From the IMG/VR virus record IMGVR_UViG_3300020037_004820: a DNA stretch of 64,000 nt; one strand, given 5' to 3'. Positions 28,883-38,457 of the stretch are shown here, in pieces. The notes below the pieces were generated by a model. It was not told the DNA's origin. It did no database searches and saw only the letters and a program-made list of their open reading frames with translations. Within the stretch, counting starts at the first letter, position 1. The number at the start of each line of letters is the position of its first letter. A program made the translations under genes and the position numbers. Source of the stretch: a virus (taxonomy: Duplodnaviria; Caudoviricetes).

Positions 28883-31009
28883 TTGAATACATATACACAA
28901 GAACTTTCGGATTTTATATTTACAAGTAAATATGCCAGATATGACGATTCCAAAAAACGTAGAGAGACATGGGAAGAATCTGTTGATAGACTCTTAAACA
29001 TGCATTTAGATAGATTTACATGGTTAGATCCTGTAGATACAAATGAAATTATAGAAGCATTTGACGCTGTTAAGCGCAAAGAAAATGTTCCATCTATGCG
29101 CAGTTTACAATTTGGAGGAAAAGCCGTTGAAGCTCATAACTCTAGATTGTTCAATTGCGCCGTCAGACACGTTGATTCAATTCGATCATTTTCAGAAATA
29201 TTTTATTTATTGCTTTGTGGGTGTGGAGTGGGAATTGGCTTACAGAAGAAGTTTTTAAAGAGATTGCCCAATTTAGTTACAGCAGAAGATAAGACAGGTA
29301 CTGTTTTAACATATGTTGTAGAAGATACAATAGAAGGATGGTCAGATTCCATCGAAGCTCTATTATCCTGTTATTTCAAAAATACTGCATGGACTGGACG
29401 AAAGATTGTCTTCGATTATTCTAGAATTAGAAAAAAAGGCGCTATATTGAAAACAGGTGGGGGCAAAGCTCCTGGGTATAGAGGATTAAAAAAAGCTCAT
29501 ATAAAAATCAAGAATATTCTTGATTTCATTATTGAAGAAATGGGACAGTTATCATTAGGATCTATAAATGCATATGATATACTAATGCATTTAGCAGATG
29601 CTGTATTGTCTGGCGGAATTAGAAGATCAGCTTGCTCTATTGTCTTCTTAGAAGATGATATAGATTTGTTAAATTCTAAAATTTACTTTAATGTCTTAAA
29701 GAAAGGTAAATTTGAATTTAATGAAAAAACTTCTAAATATGAAGGATATGTTATTATTGATGATCCTTGTTATAAAAATTTGAAGATTGATGTAGAAATT
29801 TCTAATCAATATGGAGCTTATGATACCTTACTAAAAGATAATATCATAAGTTGGTTTGAAGTTTATCCACAAAGAGCAAGAAGTAACAACAGTGTTCTTC
29901 TTTTAAGAAATAAAATAGATTTTGAATCATTTACTAGAATATTTGATAGAACCAGACAATTCGGTGAACCAGGATTTGTGTTTGCTGATCATGAAGATAC
30001 TTTATTCAATCCATGTTTTGAAATATCCTTTATACCTGTATATGAAGGAGTATGTGGTGTACAGTTTTGTAACCTTAGTAGTATAAATGGGGCTAAAATT
30101 AAAACAAGAGAAGATTTGTTAAAAGCTGCAAAGTATGCTTCTATAATAGGAACATTGCAAGCATCTTATACTGATTTTCCATATTTAAGCAAAGCAGCTA
30201 AATGGTTAACAGAAGAAGAAGCGTTATTAGGGGTATCTATTACAGGTATGATGGATAATCCTGAAATAAATCTGAATCCTTCTATTCAAGAAGAAGCAGC
30301 TACTGTTGTAAAAGATACAAATGAAATTTGGGCTAAAAAGCTTTATATAAATCCTGCGGCAAGAACAACCTGTATAAAACCAGAAGGAACCTCTTCTCTT
30401 GTTTTGCAAAGTGCATCTGGTATACATCCTCATCATGGGCGAAGATATTTCCGAAGAGTGCAATGTAACAAAATTGATCCAGTTTATATGCATTTCAAAA
30501 AATCCAATCCACATATGTGTGAAGAAGGTGTTTGGAGTGCAAATAAAACAGATGATGTTATTACATTTCCTGTTGAAGTATCAGATACAGCTTTAATCAA
30601 AGAAGATTTATCTGCTCTATCCCATTTGGATATCATAAAGAATACCCAACAATATTGGGTACAAACTGGTAAATCTAAATACAATAAGAAAAGTATAGAC
30701 AATAATGTCTCTTGCACCGTAATTGTTGGACAAGAGGAATGGGATCAAGTTATTCAGTATCTATATGATAACAAAAATTATTTTGCAGCAGTTTCTTTCA
30801 TAGGAAAATCTGGTGATAAAGATTATGTGCAGGCTCCGTTAGAAAATATTACAACCAAAGAAGATGAAGAAAAATGGAACAATATTGTATCTAATTTTAC
30901 CAAGGTAGATTATACTTTATTGAAAGAAGCAACGGATCAAACAGCTTTGCAAGCCGAATTGGTTTGCGCCGGAGCAAATGGGTGCGAATTGCCTATATTG
31001 ACAAATTGA
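28883..31009 (+). CDS. nrdJ: class II (adenosylcobalamin-dependent) ribonucleotide reductase
   Basis: KYAR, RETWEE, PSMRSLQFGG, FNC, GGIRRSA, SNNS, NPCFEI, CNL, TTCIKPEGT, C-terminal CAGANGC; TTG start with AAGGAG. Confidence 0.93.
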   Translation: MNTYTQELSDFIFTSKYARYDDSKKRRETWEESVDRLLNMHLDRFTWLDPVDTNEIIEAFDAVKRKENVPSMRSLQFGGKAVEAHNSRLFNCAVRHVDSIRSFSEIFYLLLCGCGVGIGLQKKFLKRLPNLVTAEDKTGTVLTYVVEDTIEGWSDSIEALLSCYFKNTAWTGRKIVFDYSRIRKKGAILKTGGGKAPGYRGLKKAHIKIKNILDFIIEEMGQLSLGSINAYDILMHLADAVLSGGIRRSACSIVFLEDDIDLLNSKIYFNVLKKGKFEFNEKTSKYEGYVIIDDPCYKNLKIDVEISNQYGAYDTLLKDNIISWFEVYPQRARSNNSVLLLRNKIDFESFTRIFDRTRQFGEPGFVFADHEDTLFNPCFEISFIPVYEGVCGVQFCNLSSINGAKIKTREDLLKAAKYASIIGTLQASYTDFPYLSKAAKWLTEEEALLGVSITGMMDNPEINLNPSIQEEAATVVKDTNEIWAKKLYINPAARTTCIKPEGTSSLVLQSASGIHPHHGRRYFRRVQCNKIDPVYMHFKKSNPHMCEEGVWSANKTDDVITFPVEVSDTALIKEDLSALSHLDIIKNTQQYWVQTGKSKYNKKSIDNNVSCTVIVGQEEWDQVIQYLYDNKNYFAAVSFIGKSGDKDYVQAPLENITTKEDEEKWNNIVSNFTKVDYTLLKEATDQTALQAELVCAGANGCELPILTN

Positions 31010-31032
31010 CAGGGATATAGCCGTGCATATAT
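31006..31032 (+). promoter_or_regulatory. sigma70-like promoter, TGACA-N11-GTGCATATAT
   Basis: TTGACA gggatatagcc GTGCATATAT; same layout recurs at 45772-45798. Confidence 0.6.
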
Positions 31033-31064
31033 AAGGGTATATCCCTTATTAACTTTAAGGGAGA

Positions 31065-31853
31065 ATGTGTATGAACACGATTACAGAGTTTGGAGCATGG
31101 GCAGGATACGCAGCTTTACAGAATCCAGATAAATATATAAAATTGATCAAACAGGTTGGCCTTGATCGTATTGATATAATGATCAATGATGGAACGAAAC
31201 CAGGAGGTTTTAGTTTATATTTTCCTGAGCAAAAACTTATAGATATATTGAAGAAATTTAGACAATCAGGTGTTAAAGTATCCATTTCAACTTGGGCAAA
31301 ACCAGAAACAAGCTGGACAGTTGGAATGGCTCAAGTAGGAAAAATAGCTACTGAGGCAGGAGTTGATCAAGTAACATTAGATTTAGAAGAACCTTGGATC
31401 ACTCCATTAAAAAATAAATCTCCTGCTGAGATATTTACATGGAATACATCTTTAGTTGGAACATTACGTGTTCATTTTCAAGGTGTTATAAATTTGGCAC
31501 CTATTGTATATGCTAACCGAAAAGTATTGGATGGTGCTTTGCAAATGGTGGACCAAATAATTCCACAATGTTATTCAACTGTAAAAAATGTTCCAGGCTC
31601 TGGACACGATGGAAGTTTAGAAAGAGCTACTGTGAATTTATATAAGGGATATGGAGCACCTATCGTGATGGGTGCTGCTGCATGGAATTTGGAGGGAGCT
31701 TATGGAAAAAATACATATGAAGCTGTTAGAACATCATTACAAGCTACACTCCAATTAGGAATAACAGAAGTTCGGTATTGGAGATTTGAATTTCTCAACG
31801 GGGATGTTCTTAGAGCTATAAAAGAATTTCTGCCTTCAAATAATGTAGGCTAA
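31065..31853 (+). CDS. putative glycoside hydrolase-like TIM-barrel protein
   Basis: alternating beta/alpha pattern, TLDLEE, IPQCY, YW at the C-terminus. Confidence 0.45.
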   Translation: MCMNTITEFGAWAGYAALQNPDKYIKLIKQVGLDRIDIMINDGTKPGGFSLYFPEQKLIDILKKFRQSGVKVSISTWAKPETSWTVGMAQVGKIATEAGVDQVTLDLEEPWITPLKNKSPAEIFTWNTSLVGTLRVHFQGVINLAPIVYANRKVLDGALQMVDQIIPQCYSTVKNVPGSGHDGSLERATVNLYKGYGAPIVMGAAAWNLEGAYGKNTYEAVRTSLQATLQLGITEVRYWRFEFLNGDVLRAIKEFLPSNNVG

Positions 31854-31883
31854 CATTTCAAATAAACAAATACGGAGTAAAAG

Positions 31884-31958
31884 ATGATTAAGTTTATCGA
31901 CATAATTCAAGATTTATCCTATGGAGATTGTGGTTTTGATAGACTATTTATTGCATGA
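31884..31958 (+). pseudogene. duplicated 5' end of purA (24-aa mini-ORF)
   Basis: MIKFIDIIQDLSYGDCG|FDRLFIA* versus intact MIKFVDIIQDLAYGDAGKG at 32705; own RBS GGAG. Confidence 0.88.
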
Positions 31959-32704
31959 AATGTTTAATTTGTCCAAATGAAACTAAAACTAAGAAAGCAA
32001 TAACTTGTTCTAAAAAATGTGCCTATCAATATAGAAAACTTCTTTTACAAGAAAAACATGGAGTTGAAAATCCTTTTCAACTCCAGTCAGTGAAAGATAA
32101 ATCCACAAACACTATCCTTAAAAAATATGGTGTCAGTAACGTATCTAAAAGTGATGAAATTAAGAAAAAGAAGATCAACACTTGTCATAAAAATTTCGGT
32201 GTAGATCATCCAGGTCAAAGTTTAAAAGTTAAAGAAAAAATTAAAGAAATATGTTTATCTAAATATGGTGTTGAGAATCCCATGTTTGATGAAACTATAA
32301 AAAATAGGTCCGTAACTAATGGTGGAGGTCGAGCTGTTCCTAAAAGATATATAACTAAATATGGTAATGAGATAATTGTTCAAGGATCTTATGAATTAGA
32401 TTTTGTAAAAGAATGTGAACAATTAAATATACCCATTAAAAACGGACCATGTATAAATTATGTATTCAAAGGTAACAATAGAAAATATTTTATAGATTTC
32501 ACGATAGAACATACTGGTACAACAAAAATAGTTGAAATAAAAAGCACCTATTATTTCGAAAAATATAAAGAGGAGATATTGTGTAAAAAATTATTTGCAG
32601 AAAAATATGCGTTAGAAAACAATATGCTTTATGAACTGATAGTTTTAGATAAAACTCGAAAAGAACGAAAATATTTACTAGACGAATTAAATAAGGAGAA
32701 ATAA
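31955..32704 (+). mobile_element. free-standing homing endonuclease (YGV.NP repeats + PD-(D/E)XK/TnsA-like domain)
   Basis: N-terminal CxxC..CSxxC, repeated K(H/Y/F)GV.(N/H)P units, QGSYE, YFIDF, IVEIKS. Confidence 0.8.
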
Positions 32705-33820
32705 ATGATAAAATTTGTGGACATTATACAGGATCTCGCATATGGCGACGCGGGAAAAGGTGCTGTGGCATATTCTCTTTCTAAAAAACCTGAGTATGAT
32801 ATCTGTATGAGAGTAAATGGCGGGTCTAATGCGGGACATACAATTTACCATGAAGGTAAAAAATTCGTTACTCATCAAGTTCCAACTGGTATTTTTCACG
32901 GTAAAACATGTATAATTGGTAATGGATGTGTTGTTAACGTCTCAAAACTTTTAGATGAGATCAAAGAATTAGAAGAAGCAGGCATTTCTTGCAAAGGAAG
33001 GATTTTCATAGCGCATAATGCTCATATTGTCATGGCTGATCATGTAAAAGAAGAAGAGAACGAATCTGCAATTGGAACAACCAAACAAGGGATTGGACCT
33101 TGTTATAGAGATAAATACGCTCGCAAAGGATGCAGAGCGATTGATCTTCTGTTTGAGCATATTTTTGAAGGCAAAGAAGAAGAAGGATATTCATTGATCT
33201 ATTCAGAAAAATATGGTCCGTTGAGGGATCATGTTATAGATATGATCATTGAAGTGCACCCTGTCTTGTTTGTTTCAAATAAAAACTACGGTATTCTTGT
33301 AGAAGGTGCGCAAGGCTATTATCTAGATATCGATCATGGTGATTATCCATATGTTTCTTCTTCACATGCTTCTGTTGCAGGAGCATTGCTGAATGGGCTT
33401 CCGTTTAATAAAATCAGAAAGGTATATGGAGTTATTAAGGGCTACGAAACTTATGTTGGTGCAATGAAATTCCAACCATTAGATCCTATATTTGATAAAT
33501 TAGGAGACTTGGGACAAGAATTCGGGGCAACAACTGGAAGACGTAGACAGTGCAATTGGTTAAATTTGGATAGACTTGTAAAAGCTATGCAAGTCAATTG
33601 TGTGACTCATTTGATTGTATCTAAAATGGATATTCTTAGAGAATTGAATTTTCAAGAAAATAATCAATATTGGAAAGTGATCATAGGTTCTATAGAGTTG
33701 CCTCTTGTAAATGAAGAGGATTTTTATATGGTTCTTGAAAATACCATCACAACTTATCATTCTTTTGACTTGAAGAATCTTCAATACAAGTACGGTCCCG
33801 ATCAAGAGATAACTGTATGA
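32705..33820 (+). CDS. purA: adenylosuccinate synthetase
   Basis: GDAGKG, GGSNAGHT, IGTTKQGIGP.Y.DK, EGAQG, D.DHG.YPYV, GATTGRRR, KMD. Confidence 0.93.
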   Translation: MIKFVDIIQDLAYGDAGKGAVAYSLSKKPEYDICMRVNGGSNAGHTIYHEGKKFVTHQVPTGIFHGKTCIIGNGCVVNVSKLLDEIKELEEAGISCKGRIFIAHNAHIVMADHVKEEENESAIGTTKQGIGPCYRDKYARKGCRAIDLLFEHIFEGKEEEGYSLIYSEKYGPLRDHVIDMIIEVHPVLFVSNKNYGILVEGAQGYYLDIDHGDYPYVSSSHASVAGALLNGLPFNKIRKVYGVIKGYETYVGAMKFQPLDPIFDKLGDLGQEFGATTGRRRQCNWLNLDRLVKAMQVNCVTHLIVSKMDILRELNFQENNQYWKVIIGSIELPLVNEEDFYMVLENTITTYHSFDLKNLQYKYGPDQEITV

Positions 33821-34041
33821 GTGATTGGATAAGTGTACATGTACACGAAGATGATCCTATTTATATTTTTTGCATAAATAATGAAAAGCTAGCTATTGTA
33901 TATTTCATTGGTGGACATGTAGAAAGACCTGATGAATGGGTTATTAAATTCAAAGAAGATATGCATTGTCAAGGAAATCGCACAACATTCTCTTTAGAAA
34001 GAGCCAAACAAATTGTTGAAGAACACTTCGGAGTAATATGA
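33817..34041 (+). CDS. hypothetical protein
   Basis: ATGA-coupled ORF. Confidence 0.5.
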   Translation: MSDWISVHVHEDDPIYIFCINNEKLAIVYFIGGHVERPDEWVIKFKEDMHCQGNRTTFSLERAKQIVEEHFGVI

Positions 34042-34280
34042 GTGACTTACGTAAAGTTGAAAAATTAGACCCAGAAGATCTTACATGGGCTACATTAAGA
34101 ATGGCAGATTTACAAATTGGAGATATTTTTAGATTAAGTGAATCCGATACGAAATGTTTCGGAGAATTTAGAGCAGATGGTGAACCTTATAAAAATGAAG
34201 AAGGTGTTTATACTATTGTAGCCATGCCATTTGATATAGAAACTTGGACAGAAATTCCAATGAAGAAAATAAATGAATAA
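34038..34280 (+). CDS. hypothetical protein
   Basis: ATGA-coupled ORF with RBS GGAG. Confidence 0.5.
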   Translation: MSDLRKVEKLDPEDLTWATLRMADLQIGDIFRLSESDTKCFGEFRADGEPYKNEEGVYTIVAMPFDIETWTEIPMKKINE

Positions 34281-34584
34281 AATATATCCATACGAAATAA
34301 TAGCCATATCAAAAGCTTATGATAAGAAAACTTCTATACAAAAAGTTTTAAAACTAGTAGAAGAAGTCGGTGAACTAGCTCAAGCAATTCTTATAAATGA
34401 AGAAGCTCATGGCACTCAGTATAGAGATAAATCACAATTTTCAATCGTAGAAGAACTTGCTGATGTTTATCTTTGTTTGTTCGCTATTTTTCCAGGATAT
34501 GATATATCCGAAGAAGCTTTTAATGAAGAAGTTGGTAAAAAATTAAATAAATGGACAAACAAAATAGGATTAACAAATGAGTAG
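34273..34584 (+). CDS. MazG-like nucleotide pyrophosphohydrolase
   Basis: KLVEEVGELAQA and EELADV motifs. Confidence 0.85.
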   Translation: MNKIYPYEIIAISKAYDKKTSIQKVLKLVEEVGELAQAILINEEAHGTQYRDKSQFSIVEELADVYLCLFAIFPGYDISEEAFNEEVGKKLNKWTNKIGLTNE

Positions 34585-35428
34585 AATAATAATTGGTTAT
34601 CACAATAATTGCAACGATGGATTTGGTGCAGCGTATGTTGCATATTTGCATTACAAAAAATTAGGATTGTTAGATCAAGTTGAATTTGTTCCTATTAATC
34701 CTAGAGCAACTCCTGATATAGATGTTACTGGTTGTAATGTTGTAATTTTCGATGTCTGCTTAGATAAAGAAGCATTACATAAATGGAAAGAAGTAGCAGT
34801 CTCGTTCAAGGTAATCGATCATCACGTATCAAATCAACGGGAATTTGGATATCTTGATTACTGCCATTTCGATATGACTCACTCAGGAGTTGGACTTGCT
34901 TGGCGCCACTATAATCCTGATATAGCTCCTCCGTGGTGGGTTGATTATATAGAAGATAGAGATTTATGGACAAAGAAACTTCCTATGCATGAAGATGTTT
35001 GTGCATTATTGTTATCAACTGAACCTACTTTTGAAGCTTATGATGAGATTGCTTCTATGACAGTTGAAAAAGCTGCCGAGGCAGGCAAATATATTGCTAA
35101 AGCTGATATTGCAAAAATCAATAGAGCAGTTCATAGTTCATCGGCTATTATGCGTGTATCTTTTTGCGGATTTGATAATATTCCGTGTGTTAACAATGCA
35201 AATTTCCAATCAGATATAGGCAATCTTCTTGCTAAAGATGCAGAATTTGGAATCGTCTGGTATGCAGGAGATTCAGAAAAAGATGGAAAATATGCTCAGC
35301 TTTCATTGAGAAGTATAGGGGACTTTGATGTTTCAAAACTTGCTCAACGTTTTGGAGGCGGTGGACATGCAAATGCTTCTGGTTGTAGAATTCCTCTTAA
35401 AGATTGGATGAAAATTCTATGTATATAG
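34577..35428 (+). CDS. DHH/DHHA1 phosphoesterase (NrnB-like)
   Basis: YH..C.DGFGAA, IDHH, SG..LAW, DRDLW, SLRS, GGGGH..ASG. Confidence 0.9.
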   Translation: MSRIIIGYHNNCNDGFGAAYVAYLHYKKLGLLDQVEFVPINPRATPDIDVTGCNVVIFDVCLDKEALHKWKEVAVSFKVIDHHVSNQREFGYLDYCHFDMTHSGVGLAWRHYNPDIAPPWWVDYIEDRDLWTKKLPMHEDVCALLLSTEPTFEAYDEIASMTVEKAAEAGKYIAKADIAKINRAVHSSSAIMRVSFCGFDNIPCVNNANFQSDIGNLLAKDAEFGIVWYAGDSEKDGKYAQLSLRSIGDFDVSKLAQRFGGGGHANASGCRIPLKDWMKILCI

Positions 35429-35673
35429 AATATATGATAATAGATAGAGATTTTTTGGAAAGTGAAGAATTATCAAGAGAACCTATTTGGTGTGCTTATG
35501 AATTGGAAAATTGTGGCAATAAAATTGCTATAGGTATATGTGGATCTGTTCCTATTAAATATCGTAATCAAGCTTTCTCTTTTGGAGAAGTAGATGAATT
35601 ATTACATCATCCATATATTGAAGTTTCTCTAGTTAGAAAACGAGAATTATCTAAGCAAAGAAGAGAAATATAA
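35404..35673 (+). CDS. hypothetical protein
   Basis: coupled ORF. Confidence 0.45.
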   Translation: MDENSMYIEYMIIDRDFLESEELSREPIWCAYELENCGNKIAIGICGSVPIKYRNQAFSFGEVDELLHHPYIEVSLVRKRELSKQRREI

Positions 35674-36227
35674 TGAGTAAACCAGGTTATCATCTTCAAA
35701 AAATAGATAAAGGTGTATTTGGAGAATTTTCCAAAATTCAAGAAGAGCTTGATGAAGCGCAAGATGCCATATATCAAAAATGTAAAATTATGGAATTAGT
35801 TGAGCTATCTGATGTGTATGGAGCTTTAAAAGAAAAGAAGAATATGAAACAAAAACTATTCACAGTCACAGCTAATGATTGTACATGGAATTATTACAGA
35901 GGTTCGGGTCCAGGCGGACAAAAAAAGAACAAAACAAGCAATTGTGCTAGAGTTGTACATGAACCATCTGGAGCAGTTGGAAAAGGCGAACAAGGTCGCT
36001 CTCAAATAGAGAATAGACAGATTGCGTGGAAACAAATGGCGAATAGTCCAGAATTTCAAAATTGGTGTCGCAATAAATCATATGAGATTTCAGGTGATGC
36101 AGAAATTATTAAAAAGAATGTAGAATTTGAACTTGTTTCAAATACATTAGTTGAAATAGAATCCGAAGATGGATGGATTCCTGGGCAACAAATAACAGAA
36201 CAAGATGTAAAAAATTCGAGGGAATAA
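35673..36227 (+). CDS. fusion of a MazG-like N-terminus with a GGQ peptidyl-tRNA hydrolase (RF-1) domain
   Basis: KI.EE..E...ELSD in the N-part; RGSGPGGQKKNKT..C.R..H.PSG and RSQ.ENR from ATG 35844. Confidence 0.82.
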   Translation: MSKPGYHLQKIDKGVFGEFSKIQEELDEAQDAIYQKCKIMELVELSDVYGALKEKKNMKQKLFTVTANDCTWNYYRGSGPGGQKKNKTSNCARVVHEPSGAVGKGEQGRSQIENRQIAWKQMANSPEFQNWCRNKSYEISGDAEIIKKNVEFELVSNTLVEIESEDGWIPGQQITEQDVKNSRE

Positions 36228-36598
36228 TGAGCACAAGTAAAAACGAAGAAATAGCAAAATTATTCAATAAATTAGAAAATATAGACAAAGCCGATCTTGA
36301 CAGTTATTATCAAGGATGTAAAGATAGTTTTGATGAAGAAGATAGAGAAGAATTTAAAATTACAAAAGAGATAATGCATGATTTATTGGATGATTATGGA
36401 TGGAAACGTATTTCCCATCTAAGAACTCCATATAAACATGATATAACAGAACATGAATGTGTCTCTAAAAGAGAAAGTGATGGAAAATATTTTGGCTACG
36501 GATATACATCCACTTATAATAATGGTATAGATTGGGAATATCTGGGAGAAGCTGTAGAATTATTTCCTATGTCTAAACTTACAACGGTGTACGAATGA
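36227..36598 (+). CDS. hypothetical protein
   Basis: TAATG coupling at 36227, RBS GAGG. Confidence 0.55.
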   Translation: MSTSKNEEIAKLFNKLENIDKADLDSYYQGCKDSFDEEDREEFKITKEIMHDLLDDYGWKRISHLRTPYKHDITEHECVSKRESDGKYFGYGYTSTYNNGIDWEYLGEAVELFPMSKLTTVYE

Positions 36599-36945
36599 TT
36601 GAACAACGACCTTGGGGAACATACTCTATTTTATTCGAAAATGATAGCTGTAAAGTTAAAGAAATAACTGTAAATCCAGGACATTCTATATCTTTACAGT
36701 CTCATAAATTAAGAGAAGAATTATGGAAAATTATTAAAGGAGAAGGAGAAGTCTTAATAGATGGGCAAACTCTTATAGCAAGACCTTGGCCGATTCAAGA
36801 ATCCTATTTTATTATAAGAAAAGAGGTTCAGCATCGTATAACAAATACAGAATCTGAACCTTTAGTATTTATTGAGATACAGACTGGCGACTCATTTGAC
36901 GAAAATGATATAATTCGATATGCAGATGATTATGGGCGTGTATAA
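36595..36945 (+). CDS. cupin, mannose-6-phosphate isomerase type II C-terminal-like
   Basis: RPWG.Y, VKEITVNPG..ISLQ.H..R.E.W, HRI, IEIQTG..F.E.DI.R..DDYGR. Confidence 0.88.
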   Translation: MIEQRPWGTYSILFENDSCKVKEITVNPGHSISLQSHKLREELWKIIKGEGEVLIDGQTLIARPWPIQESYFIIRKEVQHRITNTESEPLVFIEIQTGDSFDENDIIRYADDYGRV

Positions 36946-36956
36946 GGAGGTATACT

Positions 36957-37208
36957 ATGACGATAAATTTGAACATTACTATTCACGAAAATAATATATA
37001 TGAATACAGTGGTGAATACACAACTACTATTCCTGTTTGGATAGAATGGCAACTTGACGATTCTGGAAAAAGATTTTTATGTATATATGAAGATGGAAAC
37101 CTTCTAGACGGATTTGACTCAGAAGAGTTTGAAAATCGTCTCAATAACGGTGAAGATTTCGAAGAAATCGCAAAAGAAATTATTGCGGAGTTGAAATTTA
37201 CAAGATGA
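36957..37208 (+). CDS. acidic hypothetical protein
   Basis: strong RBS AAGGAGG. Confidence 0.55.
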   Translation: MTINLNITIHENNIYEYSGEYTTTIPVWIEWQLDDSGKRFLCIYEDGNLLDGFDSEEFENRLNNGEDFEEIAKEIIAELKFTR

Positions 37209-37771
37209 ACATTTACAAAATGACATATTGGTTGGCCATGCAATCTCGCTGGTATCAAGGATGGTCCAGACTTTATAGATTTTTTAAACAGAGAAAGTAT
37301 AAAACCTATTTTCCAGTTATAGAAACTACTACTGATGTAAATGAATTACAAAGAGAATTAGATAAAATAGAATATCATAAAGATGATTGGAAAGTATTGT
37401 GGGATGTTTGTCATAGTCCTTATTACTCCAGATACGTTCTAGCAAGTGCTAGAGAAAATGAACAATCAGACGATTCTTTTGATTGTGATGATTACGCATG
37501 TTTAGCGGCTAATATGTTGGATTGGCATTTTAATGCTCATTTACTAAGTGTTCGTTTTAAGAAAAAAAATAAAAAATTCAAATTTGAAGGTCATATGGTT
37601 TGTTATTTTGAAACGCCTTATGGATTTAGACATATGGGAAATTGGGGATTGTCTCCCAATTATAGATCGCTTGAAGCAATGGCTAAAGATATTGCGTATT
37701 TATCAGAAGGTACTTTAATAGGATATACAACAATGGACAAAAACTTAAAAATCATAAAGGTGTATGTATGA
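37205..37771 (+). CDS. transglutaminase/papain-like cysteine protease fold
   Basis: FDCDDYA and GHMV motifs. Confidence 0.6.
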   Translation: MNIYKMTYWLAMQSRWYQGWSRLYRFFKQRKYKTYFPVIETTTDVNELQRELDKIEYHKDDWKVLWDVCHSPYYSRYVLASARENEQSDDSFDCDDYACLAANMLDWHFNAHLLSVRFKKKNKKFKFEGHMVCYFETPYGFRHMGNWGLSPNYRSLEAMAKDIAYLSEGTLIGYTTMDKNLKIIKVYV

Positions 37772-38145
37772 GTATTAAAACTTCTGCTGATCTTCAAAAA
37801 GAAATGATGGAGCGTCTAAAAAGAATGAGTATAAATACAATGTTTGAATGCGATGGATTAGAACAAGAAGAGACTTTTGAAAATAAGTTAATTCATTTAT
37901 TAAATTCATATTCTATGGAAAATGGTTCGAATACTCCTGATTTTATTCTTGCAAAATATTTAATAAATTGTTTAGATAATCTTAATAAAACTGTGAAGTC
38001 TAGAGAAAAATGGTATGGTAGAACTGGTTCTTCATTAGAACAATTTACTGTGCAGCATGATCATCATTTTGATGAAGCAGATGGACGTTGTGATTGTGGA
38101 ATTCATTGGGATGAATGGAACCGAGGGGTTAATAATCATGACTAA
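37768..38145 (+). CDS. hypothetical phage protein
   Basis: LN.YS.EN.SNTPDFILA.YL motif seen in phage proteins. Confidence 0.55.
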   Translation: MSIKTSADLQKEMMERLKRMSINTMFECDGLEQEETFENKLIHLLNSYSMENGSNTPDFILAKYLINCLDNLNKTVKSREKWYGRTGSSLEQFTVQHDHHFDEADGRCDCGIHWDEWNRGVNNHD

Positions 38146-38199
38146 AGAATATACAGGTATTTTAGAGCCATATGAAAATACAGGAAGAATTACACTGTT

Positions 38200-38457
38200 A
38201 TGAAAACAAAAGATATTAATGAACTTAAACAAGAATTATCTAATAGATTAGGAATACTCATAAATTCCCCAGTTGTTCCAGAAACTCAAGAAACCATTAA
38301 ATATATGGTAGAAGATATTATTTTTGCAAGAGGTTTTAAACCTTATCCCGATGATATAAGAGTAGAACGGCAAGGGGACTGTTTTAACATAACAACTACA
38401 TGGTGGAATATAGATGTAACAGGCTATTACATAGAATTCAAAATTGGGAGAAGTTAA
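38200..38457 (+). CDS. hypothetical protein
   Basis: TAATG-coupled to thyX. Confidence 0.5.
   Translation: MKTKDINELKQELSNRLGILINSPVVPETQETIKYMVEDIIFARGFKPYPDDIRVERQGDCFNITTTWWNIDVTGYYIEFKIGRS

Noticed and set aside
29681-29848. Intein in the RNR
   Set aside because: Too short, and lacks the C/S start and HN-C/S/T end.
31935-32755. Group I intron or intein in purA
   Set aside because: There is no non-coding room for a ribozyme core and no intein termini, and the downstream purA has its own RBS, ATG and complete N-terminus.
32705-34584. PurZ/MazZ 2-aminoadenine (Z-genome) pathway
   Set aside because: The enzyme keeps the PurA Asp (GDAGKG, not GSxGKG) and the GATTGRRR loop, and no DatZ-like HD hydrolase is visible; it reads as ordinary PurA with a generic MazG.
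672-37258. Many short antisense or nested ORFs within core genes (e.g. 3218-3559, 11573-11905, 15401-15871)
   Set aside because: Fully overlapped by well-supported genes; no motifs or RBS.
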